64,000 nucleotides of DNA from a virus (Duplodnaviria; Caudoviricetes): positions 32,001 through 96,000 of the IMG/VR virus record IMGVR_UViG_3300014204_000111; one strand, given 5' to 3'. The stretch's first letter is position 1. Each line of letters starts with the position of its first letter. The notes below the pieces were generated by a model. The model had not been told where the DNA came from. It made no database searches and worked only from the letters and a program-made list of their open reading frames with translations. Below, piece by piece: positions 10,992 through 22,925 of this stretch. A program made the translations under genes and the position numbers.

Positions 10992-11402
10992 ATGCAAGAC
11001 AAGAAAATTATTAAGATGTATCCAAAGTGGCAGTTCGAAAAGTACGCTCGTTTACAGGGTTGGAAATTCGATTATATGGGTCTACACGAAGCTCATATCA
11101 ATTCAAATAAACTTCCAGATTCAATGAAGTTTCAACCAAGCTATTTGGTTGACCAAGATTTCAGTAACCAACTTTCTCCTCTTACTTGGGTAGAAGTTAA
11201 ATCCTGTTCTAAATTAGGTGTTTTAAAAATTCTTAAGAGTGAATGGGAAATTCATCAAAAATTTAATGAAGTTTGGGGAGTGTATTATGCTATATATCAA
11301 CCAGCTACTAAAGATTTTGCTGGAGTAATACACATTGCTGAAATTGAAGAATTGCTTAAAGAAGATGGAGATTATCTCGTATTTAGTATAGAAGATATTT
11401 AA
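10992..11402 (+). CDS. Putative PD-(D/E)XK-fold nuclease
   Basis: FQPSYLV...WVEVK (catalytic D appears replaced). Confidence 0.35.
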   Translation: MQDKKIIKMYPKWQFEKYARLQGWKFDYMGLHEAHINSNKLPDSMKFQPSYLVDQDFSNQLSPLTWVEVKSCSKLGVLKILKSEWEIHQKFNEVWGVYYAIYQPATKDFAGVIHIAEIEELLKEDGDYLVFSIEDI

Positions 11403-12253
11403 TCTAAGAGGCAATTTATGAATAAGGTTATCGTTAAAACACTAGTCCCAAAAGACCAGAAAGAAATTACGTCATTTGATGTTAGTACGATAAGCAAAGA
11501 GGCTTTTGAAGAAGAGGTTGACCAATATGAATTTATTGGTATGGAGTACGAAAAGTACTTGTTAGACGATAATAGGAAAATCTTAATATTAGAATATCGG
11601 AGATTAAATGCCAACTAATAATTCTGTTCAAGACCAAAATACACAGAAGGTTCAATTAGGACACTTCATCCAGTTTAATGATAAGTTTGAATTAGGTAAT
11701 GAATTAGTTTCATTTGATACGTGTCAACTTAACATTAATTCTATCAACAAGACTCTTTATCTTTCTGTTAAAAAGGGTGATAAAGAGGTAGTAGAACTTG
11801 GCAAAATTACTAGATGGAAATTGACAACAGGAAATTTTATCATTAAAGGTGTAGGAGAAGATTATAGCTCTGTAACAATTCAGTTTGCTATGGCTCCTAC
11901 ACTTAACCCAGGATTAGTAGTTACTATTTATATTTCTAATCTTGAAATATTTTTAGATAAAGTAAATACTACTAATAAAATTGTTTTTGAAAATTTAGTT
12001 ATACCAAAGTAGGAGATTTAATGATTAATTTAAGTGATTTGAAGAAATTTATTGACGAAGCTTGTGATAAATTAGAGCAAGCTGGGTTTCCTTTAAATGA
12101 GGTAGATGTATGTTTAGATTATGAAGAGAGTTTAACTGACATAAAAATTAGTGAATTAAACTTATCTAATATATCTATTGTAAGTCACGATGATACAGAT
12201 GGTATGCCATACTTATCTATTGAAGTTATTAAAAAAAATAATTAGGAGGAATT

Positions 12254-12910
12254 ATGAGCGAAGTAGTAGTTTGTATTCCAAATGCATTAATTGATGATGG
12301 AATTCATATGGCAGGTTCCAATAAATTTCATGATTTAATGGATTATATTGGAGGATGTAGGTTTAGTGCTGTTAGAGACAAAACAGATAAAAGTTCTACA
12401 TCATTAGAATTTAATACATCTGTTAGACAATTAGTTGTTTGTGCTCTTATTCAAGACGGAGACGACCTCCTTATTTATCGAAGAAAAAACAAGACAGGCG
12501 AAAAAAGACTTGCTGGTTATTATTCTTTACCTAGTGGTCATATGAATGCTTTTACTAAAAACTTTCATGCTGATATTGTAGATGATACCTTAAGAGAAGT
12601 TACAGAAGAGTTGAATCTTACCCCCATTGGTCAAGAAGCTGTCTTTTCTCCAGAAGGAGCTACTTTACCTATGAAAGTATGTGCCTTATTTCAAACATCT
12701 TCACCCGAAGATAATGGCGTTCATTTAGTGCATACAGGATTGTTAATTAAAATTGATGTCACAGATAAATTTAAAGTTTCTCTTAAAGAAACTGGTTCTA
12801 TGGAAGAGTTGACCCGCGTTAATAGTAATAACTATTCAGAATATTTAAAAGAATGTGACTTATGGCTTAGATTAACTTTGCCTTGGTTTTCTCAATTAAT
12901 TTTGTTATAA
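12254..12910 (+). CDS. NUDIX hydrolase
   Basis: GEKRLAG.YS..SGHMN and LREVTEEL Nudix box. Confidence 0.75.
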   Translation: MSEVVVCIPNALIDDGIHMAGSNKFHDLMDYIGGCRFSAVRDKTDKSSTSLEFNTSVRQLVVCALIQDGDDLLIYRRKNKTGEKRLAGYYSLPSGHMNAFTKNFHADIVDDTLREVTEELNLTPIGQEAVFSPEGATLPMKVCALFQTSSPEDNGVHLVHTGLLIKIDVTDKFKVSLKETGSMEELTRVNSNNYSEYLKECDLWLRLTLPWFSQLILL

Positions 12911-14004
12911 GGATATTTAAATGAATAAATTAAGTTTCAAAGAAGAAGTAGTGGAGGTATTAGGATAATGGCAGCACCAGATGTACAAGTAACAATCACT
13001 TGGGTTGGAGATTTAGTTAAAGGACAGATTGTGATTGATAAGACAATCAAGATGAATTTTGATATTTCTCCAATTAGTCAAATTGATGAAACAGTCGGGA
13101 AGTATCTTGATATTGTGACTGAAATTATCAAGAGTTTTAAACTAAAATAATGTTAGTACGCGGAAGATTTGTTATTGATGAGTCGGCTTTAAAAATACTT
13201 ATAGCAGAATTACGACCATATTTAAATATGGATATTAAAGAAATATTTATCGAGTCAGACCGTTGTGTATCTATTAAGACTAAGTATAATAAATTTGACG
13301 TTGAAATTAAACTTAAACCAATAGTCTATAACGGACATTTAGCTATTGACTTATTTAAAATTTTTGTTTCTAAAGGATTAGAAATATCTTATTTAGTTGG
13401 AGCAATTGCTTCAAGTATAAAGAGTAAATTTAAAAATTATCCAGTAGATATAGAGGGAACAAAAATTATCTTTAATACTGTTAAAGCGTCTTATTCTGGT
13501 ATTTTAAAAAAGGAGATTTTATTTGATGGCATCTGGAATATTGGTAAATAAATTTGTTTATGATAATTTACCTTCAATAGGTAGATTTTCTACTCACAAT
13601 AATAATAGTAAACCTTTTGGTAAAGTAACTAATATTAAAAGTGATGAGGAAGGAAATTATATAATCAGTACAGAAATGAATAGTGGTTGGTATCCAAATA
13701 ATAATAATTGGTATCCAAATAACACTTCATCCACTAATTCAGGTAATCCTCCTTGGACATATCCATATGTGGGTCATGAACAGGTTCAACCGGGTTATGA
13801 TGATATAGTTAATAATTATACATGGCCTCCTCATACTCAAACATTAATTGAAAAAATATTAGATTTAGCTCGTTACTTACCAGGAGATGATTTAGAAAAT
13901 ATTATTAAGACACTCTCTCCTTCAGAAAAAGAAACTTTAAGATTAATTATTTCAAAAATTCACCCAGTATTAAGTAATGAGCCTATTGGAGACTTAGAAA
14001 TTTA

Positions 14005-14946
14005 ATGTTAGAATTTACAGGGCCGTGGATGGACTTTCCTATTCCATCAGAAGTTGTTAGAGACGAAGATTTAGAAGCAGCACAAACAGATTTAACTAAA
14101 TATGCTAAATTAGTCTTAATTAAAAGATTAAGAGAAAATGCTGATTATACAGTCTTTTTACCTAGTTTGACTTCTTGTAAAGCAATTGACGAAGTAAAAG
14201 GAAGAATAGGAATTATTTCTAAAACAACAGACCCTAATTTTTACTTAACCCAAGGAACCGCTGTTCTTGATTCTCTTATTTTGGGAGGAATCCAAACTTT
14301 TGAAATAGATAAACTACCTACAAATGGATTACCTACTATTTTATTTAAAGTTTCTTCTTTAATTGAGAATAATCAAATATTTGATACAGTAATGAATAGA
14401 AGAGATAAATTACCTTTGGTGTATTGGGTTGCTAAAACAAAATTAATGGATACGCAAGAGAAGTCTTTGAGTGATTTAGGCTTTGCTCTTTATGAAGAGG
14501 AAGGGAAAGAATTACGAGAAGCTCTTTTCTCTTATGGTGTTAATGTTTCTGATTTATCCGATTTTACTGCAATAGAGAAGTATAGACAAAATTTAATGTA
14601 TGTTTCTGAAGCAGATTATTATCAAGTAGTTCTTTATGATAAGATTGGATTTTTTGGTGCTTTAGGTGGAATTAGTAATCCTATTTATAGACAAAAATTA
14701 TCTCATTCAGCATTTATTACAGATAATAGAGCAGATTTTTATCCAAATGATATTCAAGACTATATATTAAATATTGCTGATAAAGATTATATTAACTACA
14801 GATTTAAAGTAGTTGATATCAATGGGATTGCTTATTTACAAGTGCAATGGCGTTTCCCCCAAGCAAGTTATGCTAAAAAACTTTTAGCAAGAAGAAGCTT
14901 TTCGCCATCAGAGCTTGTAACTCTTTATACGAAAAAAGAACTCTAA
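14005..14946 (+). CDS. Hypothetical protein
   Basis: 313-aa ORF, translationally coupled; no motif recognised. Confidence 0.6.
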   Translation: MLEFTGPWMDFPIPSEVVRDEDLEAAQTDLTKYAKLVLIKRLRENADYTVFLPSLTSCKAIDEVKGRIGIISKTTDPNFYLTQGTAVLDSLILGGIQTFEIDKLPTNGLPTILFKVSSLIENNQIFDTVMNRRDKLPLVYWVAKTKLMDTQEKSLSDLGFALYEEEGKELREALFSYGVNVSDLSDFTAIEKYRQNLMYVSEADYYQVVLYDKIGFFGALGGISNPIYRQKLSHSAFITDNRADFYPNDIQDYILNIADKDYINYRFKVVDINGIAYLQVQWRFPQASYAKKLLARRSFSPSELVTLYTKKEL

Positions 14947-14956
14947 GGAGAATTAA

Positions 14957-15661
14957 ATGTTAAAAGAAGGATTAAAACGTGGAGATTCTGGGGCTGCTGT
15001 TAAAGCACTTCAGACTGTAATTAATAAAACAGGATTAACCATTCTTAATGTGGATGGTATTTTTGGGCCAGCTACAGAGGCCGCTTTGATGAAATTTGGT
15101 GTAGGGAAAGTTCTTACTGCTGAAGCAATTAAACTCATTGAAGGTTCTGTTATCAAAGTAAAGCCTCAACCATATCCCAATTGGTTAGATACAATGCTTA
15201 CAATTGCTTTTGGAGAAATGAAAGCAGGAGCACGAGAGATTGGTGGTAATAATATGGGGCCGTGGGTTCGTAAATATATGGACGGTAATGAAGGGAAGGA
15301 ATGGCCGTGGTGTGCAGGATTTTCTTTGTGGTGTGTAAAACAAGCTGCGTTACCTTTTAAGCCACCTATTAAAGAAAAGTATTCTTCTGGACGTATTGGT
15401 AAAGAGGCTAAATCAAAAGGTTGGCTTACCAAAGATATTAAAAAGGTTTATCCTGGTTGTCTTTTCTTAGTTGAAGACCCTGATAAAAATCCTTCTCTTT
15501 ATCAACATACAGGTATTGTTGCTGAAGTTGGCCCAGATTATATAGTTACTATAGAAGGTAATTCTCGTATTCCAGGTGAAATTGGTGGAGATAAGGTCTG
15601 TAGTAAACATAGAGGAATAAAGAATCTTACATTTGTATTGTTGCCAAAAGTTTTGGCGTAA
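14957..15661 (+). CDS. Endolysin: peptidoglycan-binding domain + CHAP domain
   Basis: LKRGDSGAAVKALQ...DGIFGPATEAA; PWCAGF, HTGIV, TIEGNS. Confidence 0.88.
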   Translation: MLKEGLKRGDSGAAVKALQTVINKTGLTILNVDGIFGPATEAALMKFGVGKVLTAEAIKLIEGSVIKVKPQPYPNWLDTMLTIAFGEMKAGAREIGGNNMGPWVRKYMDGNEGKEWPWCAGFSLWCVKQAALPFKPPIKEKYSSGRIGKEAKSKGWLTKDIKKVYPGCLFLVEDPDKNPSLYQHTGIVAEVGPDYIVTIEGNSRIPGEIGGDKVCSKHRGIKNLTFVLLPKVLA

Positions 15662-15670
15662 GGTAATTCT

Positions 15671-16288
15671 ATGGGTAAAGAATGTCCTAAATGTAAAACA
15701 TACAAAGAAGATGTAGAATTTCATAAAAATAGTTCATCGAAAAATGGTTTATCTTCTTATTGTAAAGTGTGTAGACATAATATGGATAAAGAGCGCCAAT
15801 TATATTTTGACCAAAGAAAAGATATAAAAAAGTCATATGACCAAGAACGTCAAAATAATGATAGAGAAGTTATTAACGAACAGCATAGACAATATTATAG
15901 AAGAAATAAAGAGCAAATAAAAATTAAACATAAGGATTATTATGATAGTAACAAAGATATAATAAATGATAAGAAAAGAATATCTCATATAGAAACAAGT
16001 TATCAAATCTTTCTTTTAAAAGATAAGTTTATAAGGTTAAAAGGAGGTGAATGCGAACATTGTGGATTAATTTATGATATTTATAATTATCCTTCTTTTG
16101 AATTTCATCATATTGACCCCAAAATAAAGGAATTTGAAATTAGTAGAATGGGGTTATCCGCACATTCTTATGAAAAGCAGAGAGAGGAAATAAGTAAATG
16201 TTTATTATTATGTTCTAATTGTCACAGAATATTGCATTCTGTTAATGCTAAAAGTAATATAGAAAAATTCTTTAAGGAGAATAATTAA
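15671..16288 (+). CDS. HNH homing endonuclease with N-terminal Zn finger
   Basis: CPKC...CKVC; CEHCG, FHHIDP, LCSNCHRILH. Confidence 0.88.
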   Translation: MGKECPKCKTYKEDVEFHKNSSSKNGLSSYCKVCRHNMDKERQLYFDQRKDIKKSYDQERQNNDREVINEQHRQYYRRNKEQIKIKHKDYYDSNKDIINDKKRISHIETSYQIFLLKDKFIRLKGGECEHCGLIYDIYNYPSFEFHHIDPKIKEFEISRMGLSAHSYEKQREEISKCLLLCSNCHRILHSVNAKSNIEKFFKENN

Positions 16289-17454
16289 ATGGAAGATGTA
16301 AAAGTTGGGCAAGAATTAACAGTTGAACCAGAGCCAACAAGGGGCTTCATTACAGAAGAGATTACTACGGAGTTTAGAACCAAATTGGTTGCTCTTATGG
16401 ACGAATATGGAGCAAAGGATTTTGTGGGCGCAGTAGATAACGTGGAAGATACTTTATTTCAGGGTGTTGTAGTATCACATACTACTTCTCGTAAATATCT
16501 TGTTTCTATTGGGCGTTTTATTTTGAATATTGCTCAGATTCCTGGCCCTAAAATTGATAAGTTTTTAGCTGAATATTTTGAAGAAGAAGCAAAAATCTTT
16601 GCGGAAAAAGAGCGTATGGAAAAGGAACAAAATGAAGCACAGAGCGAAAAAAGTAATTAATCTTGTTTTGCCACTTTTAGCAGGAGCAATAACATATTAC
16701 TTTTTTCCAACAACCTATATTTTGATAGGAGTTATTGTTGTAGGTATGTATCTTTATGGATATTTTACCTACAACATTGGTTTTGATGAAGGTGTATATA
16801 TGGGAATTGCAAGTACTTCTAAAAGATGGAGTCAAGGAATCAAATCACAATTGGGAGCAATACCCAATTTCAACACCTTGCCTAAAGGAAACAAAAGTAT
16901 AAAGGAAGAATGGGATGCCTAAACAACAAGTAATTGTACCAGAGGGGTTTGAACCATTTGATTTTGGAATAGACCTTATATTAAACCAAAGTGAGTATGA
17001 ATCCGGTGCTCTTCATCTTCATTTTAAACCCAGACTTATTGCTACATTAATAAATCCTTTTGTTCTTGAGAGAACTGGTAATATGATGGACTTACTTGCA
17101 GGACAATTTACTGAAGATGGTAAAGCAATGTCTAATACAGACTTTGGAAAAGAAATGGATAAGGCTTTAGGAGATGTTTCTTCTGAGGCTGGAACTCTGT
17201 CTGCGGGGACTGAATTAAATGTCTTCGGAGTTATTGGGGTATTTTCTGGAGAGCATTATGTTGCTAATAAACTAGGTTCTATTGAAAACGCCGTTGTTAT
17301 TGGTACTCCTACATTCTCCAAAACAATCACCATGATTCCTGCTTGTGAATGTATGGTTGATTGGGCTGTTATAAATGGTAGTGGAATCATGGTGACAGAT
17401 ATTACTGTACAACAATTAGTCGATAGATTTTACATGGAAAGAACGAAAGGTGCA

Positions 17455-18345
17455 TCAGAGCGAAGAATTTCTGTCTATTAAAGACATTTTTTCTAGACCT
17501 TTATTTGTTAATTGACGGCGAGCTTTGATTGTTAACATACCCTGAGTAATTAAAAATGCTTCGTGATTACGAATTGTTTCTGGGCTTTCTCCTGTAGCTC
17601 CACAAAGAGCAGAAAGAGAAAGCTCATTTGTTTGATGTAGTAAGGACATAATTTTTAAATCTAACCTATCAAAACCACCTTCATAAATACCTAATTCTTC
17701 CATAATACTAATTGCCTTTTCTTTAGATACATAATTTGAAATAGTATATTCATCCAGAAGAGACTTCAATATTTGAACAATGTTTCGAGGTACTCCTCTA
17801 GACCTATTTGCTACTTCATGGATGATTTCAGAATGTAACTGTAATTTAAGAATCTCAGAATGCATTTGTGTGATTAGAATCAGTTCATCTTGGGTATAAT
17901 CTTCCATCTGGAAAGCTCTTAATCTTGATTTCAGAGGCTGAGACAGACAAGAGATATTATTAGTAGCAATGGCAATAGTGTAGTCATAAGAGCTAGGATA
18001 AGTTACACCATTTACACAAACAAGTCTATTTTCAAGGAATGGACGCAGAAAAAAGTCTAATTTAGAATTAGTAGCGTTCCATTCTTCAAGAAATATAATA
18101 GAATTATTTGGTAGCATGCCCATTGCATTAGCAACATCGACAGGAGTAGTGTCTACTGCACCTAATGTCTGTATATTTACAGAAAGAGTTTTAGCGATTT
18201 CGTTAATAAACATAGTTTTCCCTGTTCCACCTGTTCCAGAGGATAGGCAGAAATGAGGAAAATATGTTTTTCTTATCTTTGCTGCATTTGCAGCTCTTTC
18301 TAATTGTTGTTTAAGTGACTGTTGACCAATTATTGAAGTGAACAA
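17455..18345 (-). CDS. ruvB: RuvB-like Holliday junction helicase
   Basis: IIGQ, GTGGTGKT, PLKSR, RSRGVPR, GFDRLD, EAFLITQG; likely TTG start at 18345 after GGAGG. Confidence 0.85.
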   Translation of the reverse strand: MFTSIIGQQSLKQQLERAANAAKIRKTYFPHFCLSSGTGGTGKTMFINEIAKTLSVNIQTLGAVDTTPVDVANAMGMLPNNSIIFLEEWNATNSKLDFFLRPFLENRLVCVNGVTYPSSYDYTIAIATNNISCLSQPLKSRLRAFQMEDYTQDELILITQMHSEILKLQLHSEIIHEVANRSRGVPRNIVQILKSLLDEYTISNYVSKEKAISIMEELGIYEGGFDRLDLKIMSLLHQTNELSLSALCGATGESPETIRNHEAFLITQGMLTIKARRQLTNKGLEKMSLIDRNSSL

Positions 18346-18366
18346 AACTAGCACCTCCAGTCGCTT

Positions 18367-18414
18367 ATTATACCCACCGCCTCCTGTTTGCAAACGTCTC
18401 GAATTGGGTAAAAT
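18367..18414. promoter_or_regulatory. Divergent promoter pair sharing palindromic -35 GTTTGCAAAC
   Basis: GTTTGC-N14-GGGTAAAAT on +, GTTTGC-N14-GGGTATAAT on -. Confidence 0.75.
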
Positions 18415-18753
18415 AGAGCACAGACCAAAATTAGGAGAAAAATTTGATTCCCAATTTAGATTCATTAAGTAATATAAGAAAGAAGAGATTAAATATAGCA
18501 GAAGACTATCTTATTATGGTAGCTCCAGTACAATATGATTTTGATACTCCAATGACGCATGAAGTTTATATCAATAAGAGACAAGATGTACTATATTCTG
18601 TTTATTCATTGAAAGAAACAAGTGAAATCTTGTTTATTTTAAAAGCAGAAACTGATTTAGGTAGTATTAATGATGTATCAGTTATGACAGGGCCGAGTAG
18701 TGGTTTTAAATCTATGATTAAAGAACTTAAATTAAAATTAGTTAAAAAAGATT

Positions 18754-19605
18754 TTGGAAAAGAAGAGAATGTCTAAGTTAAATGATATATTGGATGTTTT
18801 GGGTAAGGTTGACTTATTAAAGGCAGGAATATATCCTTCTATAAAAGTATCTCGACCATATTCTCTTCCAATAGAACAATTAATTCAGACCATTCTTTCA
18901 CATCACTCAGAAAAATTAGGTTCTACGCCATTAGGGAAGGTAATTTCTAACATATCTAGCATTAGAGACCCTCGTACTCAAACCCCTTTATATGGTCATG
19001 GGTTTTTAAAAAATTCTCTTTCTCTTTTACCAAGAGATGAGAAAGGATTTAAATCTTTAATGCAAGTTATTTCTACTTCAGCGCCCAAAATTAACCCTGG
19101 ATATGAAGGATTTGCAAGTGGGGCAATGAATATTAATATAGATGCTCATAGAGGAAACTTAAAACAAGAAGCAAGAAAAGAATCTGGGGCAAGTCCTTTG
19201 ACTGGATATCAATTAACTCCAGATGGTAGTGGATATGTCCCTAGTAACTCTACTTTTAAAAATGGTAATTGGGAAACAAGAAGTAGATTAGGTGTAAATA
19301 ATACAGGACAAATCATTCCGAGGTCTGTTATTCCTAGACAATTATTTGAAAATTTTGCTTCTTTAATGGATGGAGTACAAATTGACCCTGGAAGTTTTGT
19401 TCGTAAAGGAAATACTTTAGAGGCAAAGATTCACGGTGGCTCTTTATCTAAAGGTATAGATGTTGTTGCAGATGAAAGTGGTGTTAGATATAAATTAGGT
19501 ATGGGTAATAAAAATATTATCGTGCCAGGAGTTAATATAGAGAAGGGTTCAGTTAGCCCAAAGACTATTCCGTGGCATCATATTACTCAAATTCTCAATT
19601 CTTAA
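18754..19605 (+). CDS. Hypothetical protein
   Basis: 283-aa ORF, no motif recognised. Confidence 0.6.
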   Translation: MEKKRMSKLNDILDVLGKVDLLKAGIYPSIKVSRPYSLPIEQLIQTILSHHSEKLGSTPLGKVISNISSIRDPRTQTPLYGHGFLKNSLSLLPRDEKGFKSLMQVISTSAPKINPGYEGFASGAMNINIDAHRGNLKQEARKESGASPLTGYQLTPDGSGYVPSNSTFKNGNWETRSRLGVNNTGQIIPRSVIPRQLFENFASLMDGVQIDPGSFVRKGNTLEAKIHGGSLSKGIDVVADESGVRYKLGMGNKNIIVPGVNIEKGSVSPKTIPWHHITQILNS

Positions 19606-20425
19606 AAAACACTTACTTAGTCTGCGACGAAGGTATAACATATGGGTTTCAAAATATTACTTTATTATCGAGAGGTAAGATGAAGAGAGAAGAAGAAGTT
19701 GTGGTTCAGTCTCCAGTAAAAAGACAGGACTTATTTGAAATGAAAGATTTCAAAGAATTAAAATTTATGGGTTATTACCCTTGTTTTTTAGAGTCTATCT
19801 CTGCTGATAAGACAAGAGTTATTATTAGGTATGGAAAATGGATGTGGGAAGCTCCTGCAACATGTATTAATATTGGATTAAATTAAGGAGATTAAATATG
19901 GATTATCAAAAGTTGATTGAAGAAATGAGAGAAAATCGTATTCCTAGCAAGGATATTATTATCGAAGCAGTACAAAATGCATCTAATACAATTATTTCTC
20001 GCATTGAAAAGGCGGATGTAATTAATTCTGATATGATTGATGTAATTAAGACAGTTTGTTGTTTATCAGATGTTAATTGTCATGATATCGCCATTTATGA
20101 TGCTCGTTTTTGTCAATTTGCTTGGAATGCTTTTTGTAGTAATGAATTCTATAAGACTATTGAAGATTTGAATGTTCCAATCAGTGATAAATTGATTGAA
20201 ACTGTTCTTGAATCTGTTTTGAAGTTTCCCGAATATGAGGGAGCTAATATTCATCGGGCTTACACCAAAATTTTTGAAGTAAGTCACTATTTGATTCAAA
20301 ATGGCTATGTGACAGTTATCGATGAAGGAGAATATGAAGGAGAATTGTGCCTAACTTCTTTAGGGAAGAAGGTTAATTCTGATTCTGCAACTCCAGATTC
20401 AGATATTAATGTATAAGGAACAGAA

Positions 20426-21052
20426 TTGAAACATTGTTATGAAGATGAGGCTATACACGAGAGAAGAAGAGAGGATATCAATTCTTTTGATTGTGACAGA
20501 GGTATCATTAGATTATATGGTGATATAAGTCCCAAAACAGTAAAAGAGGTAAATGAATTTGCCTCTGATTTTAACACACATCCTTTGGGAGTCGGAGTTT
20601 TAAGTCCCGAAGGAATTATTAAAAAGAAAGCTATTTGGGTAGAAGTAATGTCTTCTGGAGGATGTGTTCAAAGTGCATTAGCAATTTATGATATTTTAAC
20701 TACGGCATTTCCATCTTTTGTAGATATTTATACTTCTGCTGTTGGATATATTTCTTCTTCAGCAAATTTGATTTATTGTGCTGGAACAAAACGCCTAGCG
20801 TTACCTAGTACACAGTTTCTTTTAGATAAACCTGTAGCTCTTATGATAGATGGAACAACAAATGACTTTGAGCTACAAGCCGATTATGTACAGAGAATTC
20901 AGTCTCATATGACTAGAGTTTATAGTACAGTTTTTAAAGGAGCAAAAGGTAAGAAAATTCTTACACAATTATCAAATGAAAATCAAGTTCTTTTATCGGT
21001 TGAAGAGGCTTTAGCAGTTGGTTTAGTTACAGATATAATGGGACTGGAGTAA
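20426..21052 (+). CDS. Second ClpP-like protein, probably catalytically impaired
   Basis: SSGG, ISSSAN, EEALAVGLVTDI; FLLDKP replaces FMLHQP. Confidence 0.75.
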   Translation: MKHCYEDEAIHERRREDINSFDCDRGIIRLYGDISPKTVKEVNEFASDFNTHPLGVGVLSPEGIIKKKAIWVEVMSSGGCVQSALAIYDILTTAFPSFVDIYTSAVGYISSSANLIYCAGTKRLALPSTQFLLDKPVALMIDGTTNDFELQADYVQRIQSHMTRVYSTVFKGAKGKKILTQLSNENQVLLSVEEALAVGLVTDIMGLE

Positions 21053-21056
21053 ATTA

Positions 21057-21617
21057 GTGAAAATTTATGTAACAAGATTTGGCTCTTTGATTACTAAAGA
21101 GTGGGGAGTTCCATCTCTAAGAGATATTTCTTATGGTCTTGCGAATATTATTCGTTATAATGGCTCTTCAAGAAAGTTAATTAGTGTAGCTGCTCACTCT
21201 ATTTTTGTTTATGAACTTGCAACTTATTTTAAAGAGCCTTTAAATATTAGATTACATTGTTTATTACATGATGCAGCAGAATGTGTTATTGGAGATATTC
21301 CGTCTGCATTTAAAGTGCCTGAAATTATTACTATTGAAAATCAGGTTCTTGATAGAATTCTTGTTTCTATGGGATTAACATCTCCTAATCAATCTGAAGC
21401 AATTGTAATCAAAAAGTATGATTATGAAGCTCTTTGTATTGAGATTCATCATTTAGATGGTGGAGGAGAGGGGAATAAAGATTTAGTACATCGTCCTATT
21501 TTAGAATATCCTTTTGATTTAATTAGTAAATTTAACGAGAGACTTCAGACTTTTACTAATTGGGATGAAGAGTACGAGGTTCTTGCTAGACAACTATTAA
21601 AAGAATTTCATGTTTAA
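21057..21617 (+). CDS. HD-domain phosphohydrolase (YfbR-like)
   Basis: RYNG, SVAAHS, LLHDAAE..IGDIPS. Confidence 0.85.
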   Translation: MKIYVTRFGSLITKEWGVPSLRDISYGLANIIRYNGSSRKLISVAAHSIFVYELATYFKEPLNIRLHCLLHDAAECVIGDIPSAFKVPEIITIENQVLDRILVSMGLTSPNQSEAIVIKKYDYEALCIEIHHLDGGGEGNKDLVHRPILEYPFDLISKFNERLQTFTNWDEEYEVLARQLLKEFHV

Positions 21618-21812
21618 CGCTGTGGTTCTGAGGGTAAAATATATTATGACTAAGCTAGAACAAAAAATGTGGTATTTTCAGTGTTTGGGGTTTGACTTTC
21701 CCACTGCTTTATCTATGGCTAGTGCAGAATTGGAAAGTGAAAGGCAAATAGAGACAAATGATACCGCAAGTATTTTAGCTAATTTAATAATTTAAGTTTG
21801 TATGTAGCTACT

Positions 21813-21907
21813 AGAGGGATGGAACGCCCAGGTACACACAAGAACGGCTCTAGGCATAGTACCCGTTTTGAATGGTGAGAAAGTTCTGGTAAGTCGTGAG
21901 TCCCTTT
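21813..21907 (+). ncRNA. Candidate structured RNA upstream of tRNA-Ser
   Basis: Nested stems AGAGGGA/UCCCUUU, CCAG/CUGG, AGAACGG/CCGUUUU; GC-rich versus flanks. Confidence 0.35.
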
Positions 21908-21912
21908 ATTTT

Positions 21913-22001
21913 GGAGAATTGGTAGAGCCAGGTTTATTACGACATCCTGCTAAGATGTTGAACCCTAAAAGGTTCCGAAAGTTCGAATCTTTCATTCTCC
22001 G
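21913..22001 (+). tRNA. tRNA-Ser(GCT)
   Basis: acatc-ctGCTaa-gatgt, long variable arm, GTTCGAATC. Confidence 0.9.
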
Positions 22002-22925
22002 TATTTTAATATATTATAGGAGAAATAATGTTCGATTTATCAAAGTTTCAAGATATTATGTCTGCTGCTAAAAAGGATGGAGAAAAAATAACAACACCTT
22101 TAAAACATAAAACACCTCCTCCAATTAAACAAGAAAAATTAGCAGTAAATAAGAGTGAAAGTAATACTCCAACAAAACCTATTTCACCTGTAATATCTGA
22201 TACATCTGTTTTTATTTCGAAAATTTATGCGACTGCTAAAGAAACTGGAGATAAGAAATATTCTCGTAAAATAGAGATTCTTTTAAGTAATGATAATATC
22301 TTGTCTCTTTATTGGGACAAATATGGGAAGCTTTACTACACTATGCATCCAATTGGTGTTAGTGAAGGTATGACAGGTCAATATATTAGAGACCATGAAG
22401 CTTATGAGTTGATTATTAAAGATGGTAAGGTCATAGAAATAAAAGTACCTGAAACAATCAAAGAAAATCCAGAAGAATTTGCTGGTAATAGAGTTGCTCC
22501 AAGAGAGTTAAATGCAAAAGAGACTAAAGAGCCTATGAGATTTGTCCCTTGTACAATTCATAAGACTTATACAGCAAAGAGACAACCAAGAACAGATTGT
22601 CCGCAATGTAGGAAGTTATATAAACAAATGCATCCAGAAACTCAATAAATGGCATTCTATATCCTATATAGGAGATTATTATGTTAATTAATATAGTATT
22701 ATGTTTTATTATAACAATGATAATATTATTGTTATCTTGTAACAAATATGTACGATGGAATAGAAAAAGAATAGCAGAATGGATAAGGTCTGAACATGAT
22801 ATCAATCCATATTTGATTCCTTTGTTCTTTTGCTCTTCAGATGATTTGATAACCTTCTCCCTTATCGAAGGAATTTATGATAAGGATATACAATCTATAG
22901 TGTGTTATTTAAGAGGAGAATAAAT

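Noticed and set aside
13687-13722. Short direct repeats (TGGTATCCAAATAA x2; also TTAGGAGAGTTACAAAGTC x2 at ~33173)
   Set aside because: In-frame 21-nt duplications within ORFs, only two copies each.
21868-22071. ORF-track entries overlapping tRNAs (also 34470-, 34787-, 34833-, 50999-, and the 5' parts of 34918, 52427, 55809, 63190)
   Set aside because: They are shadows of RNA genes; real starts lie downstream where applicable.
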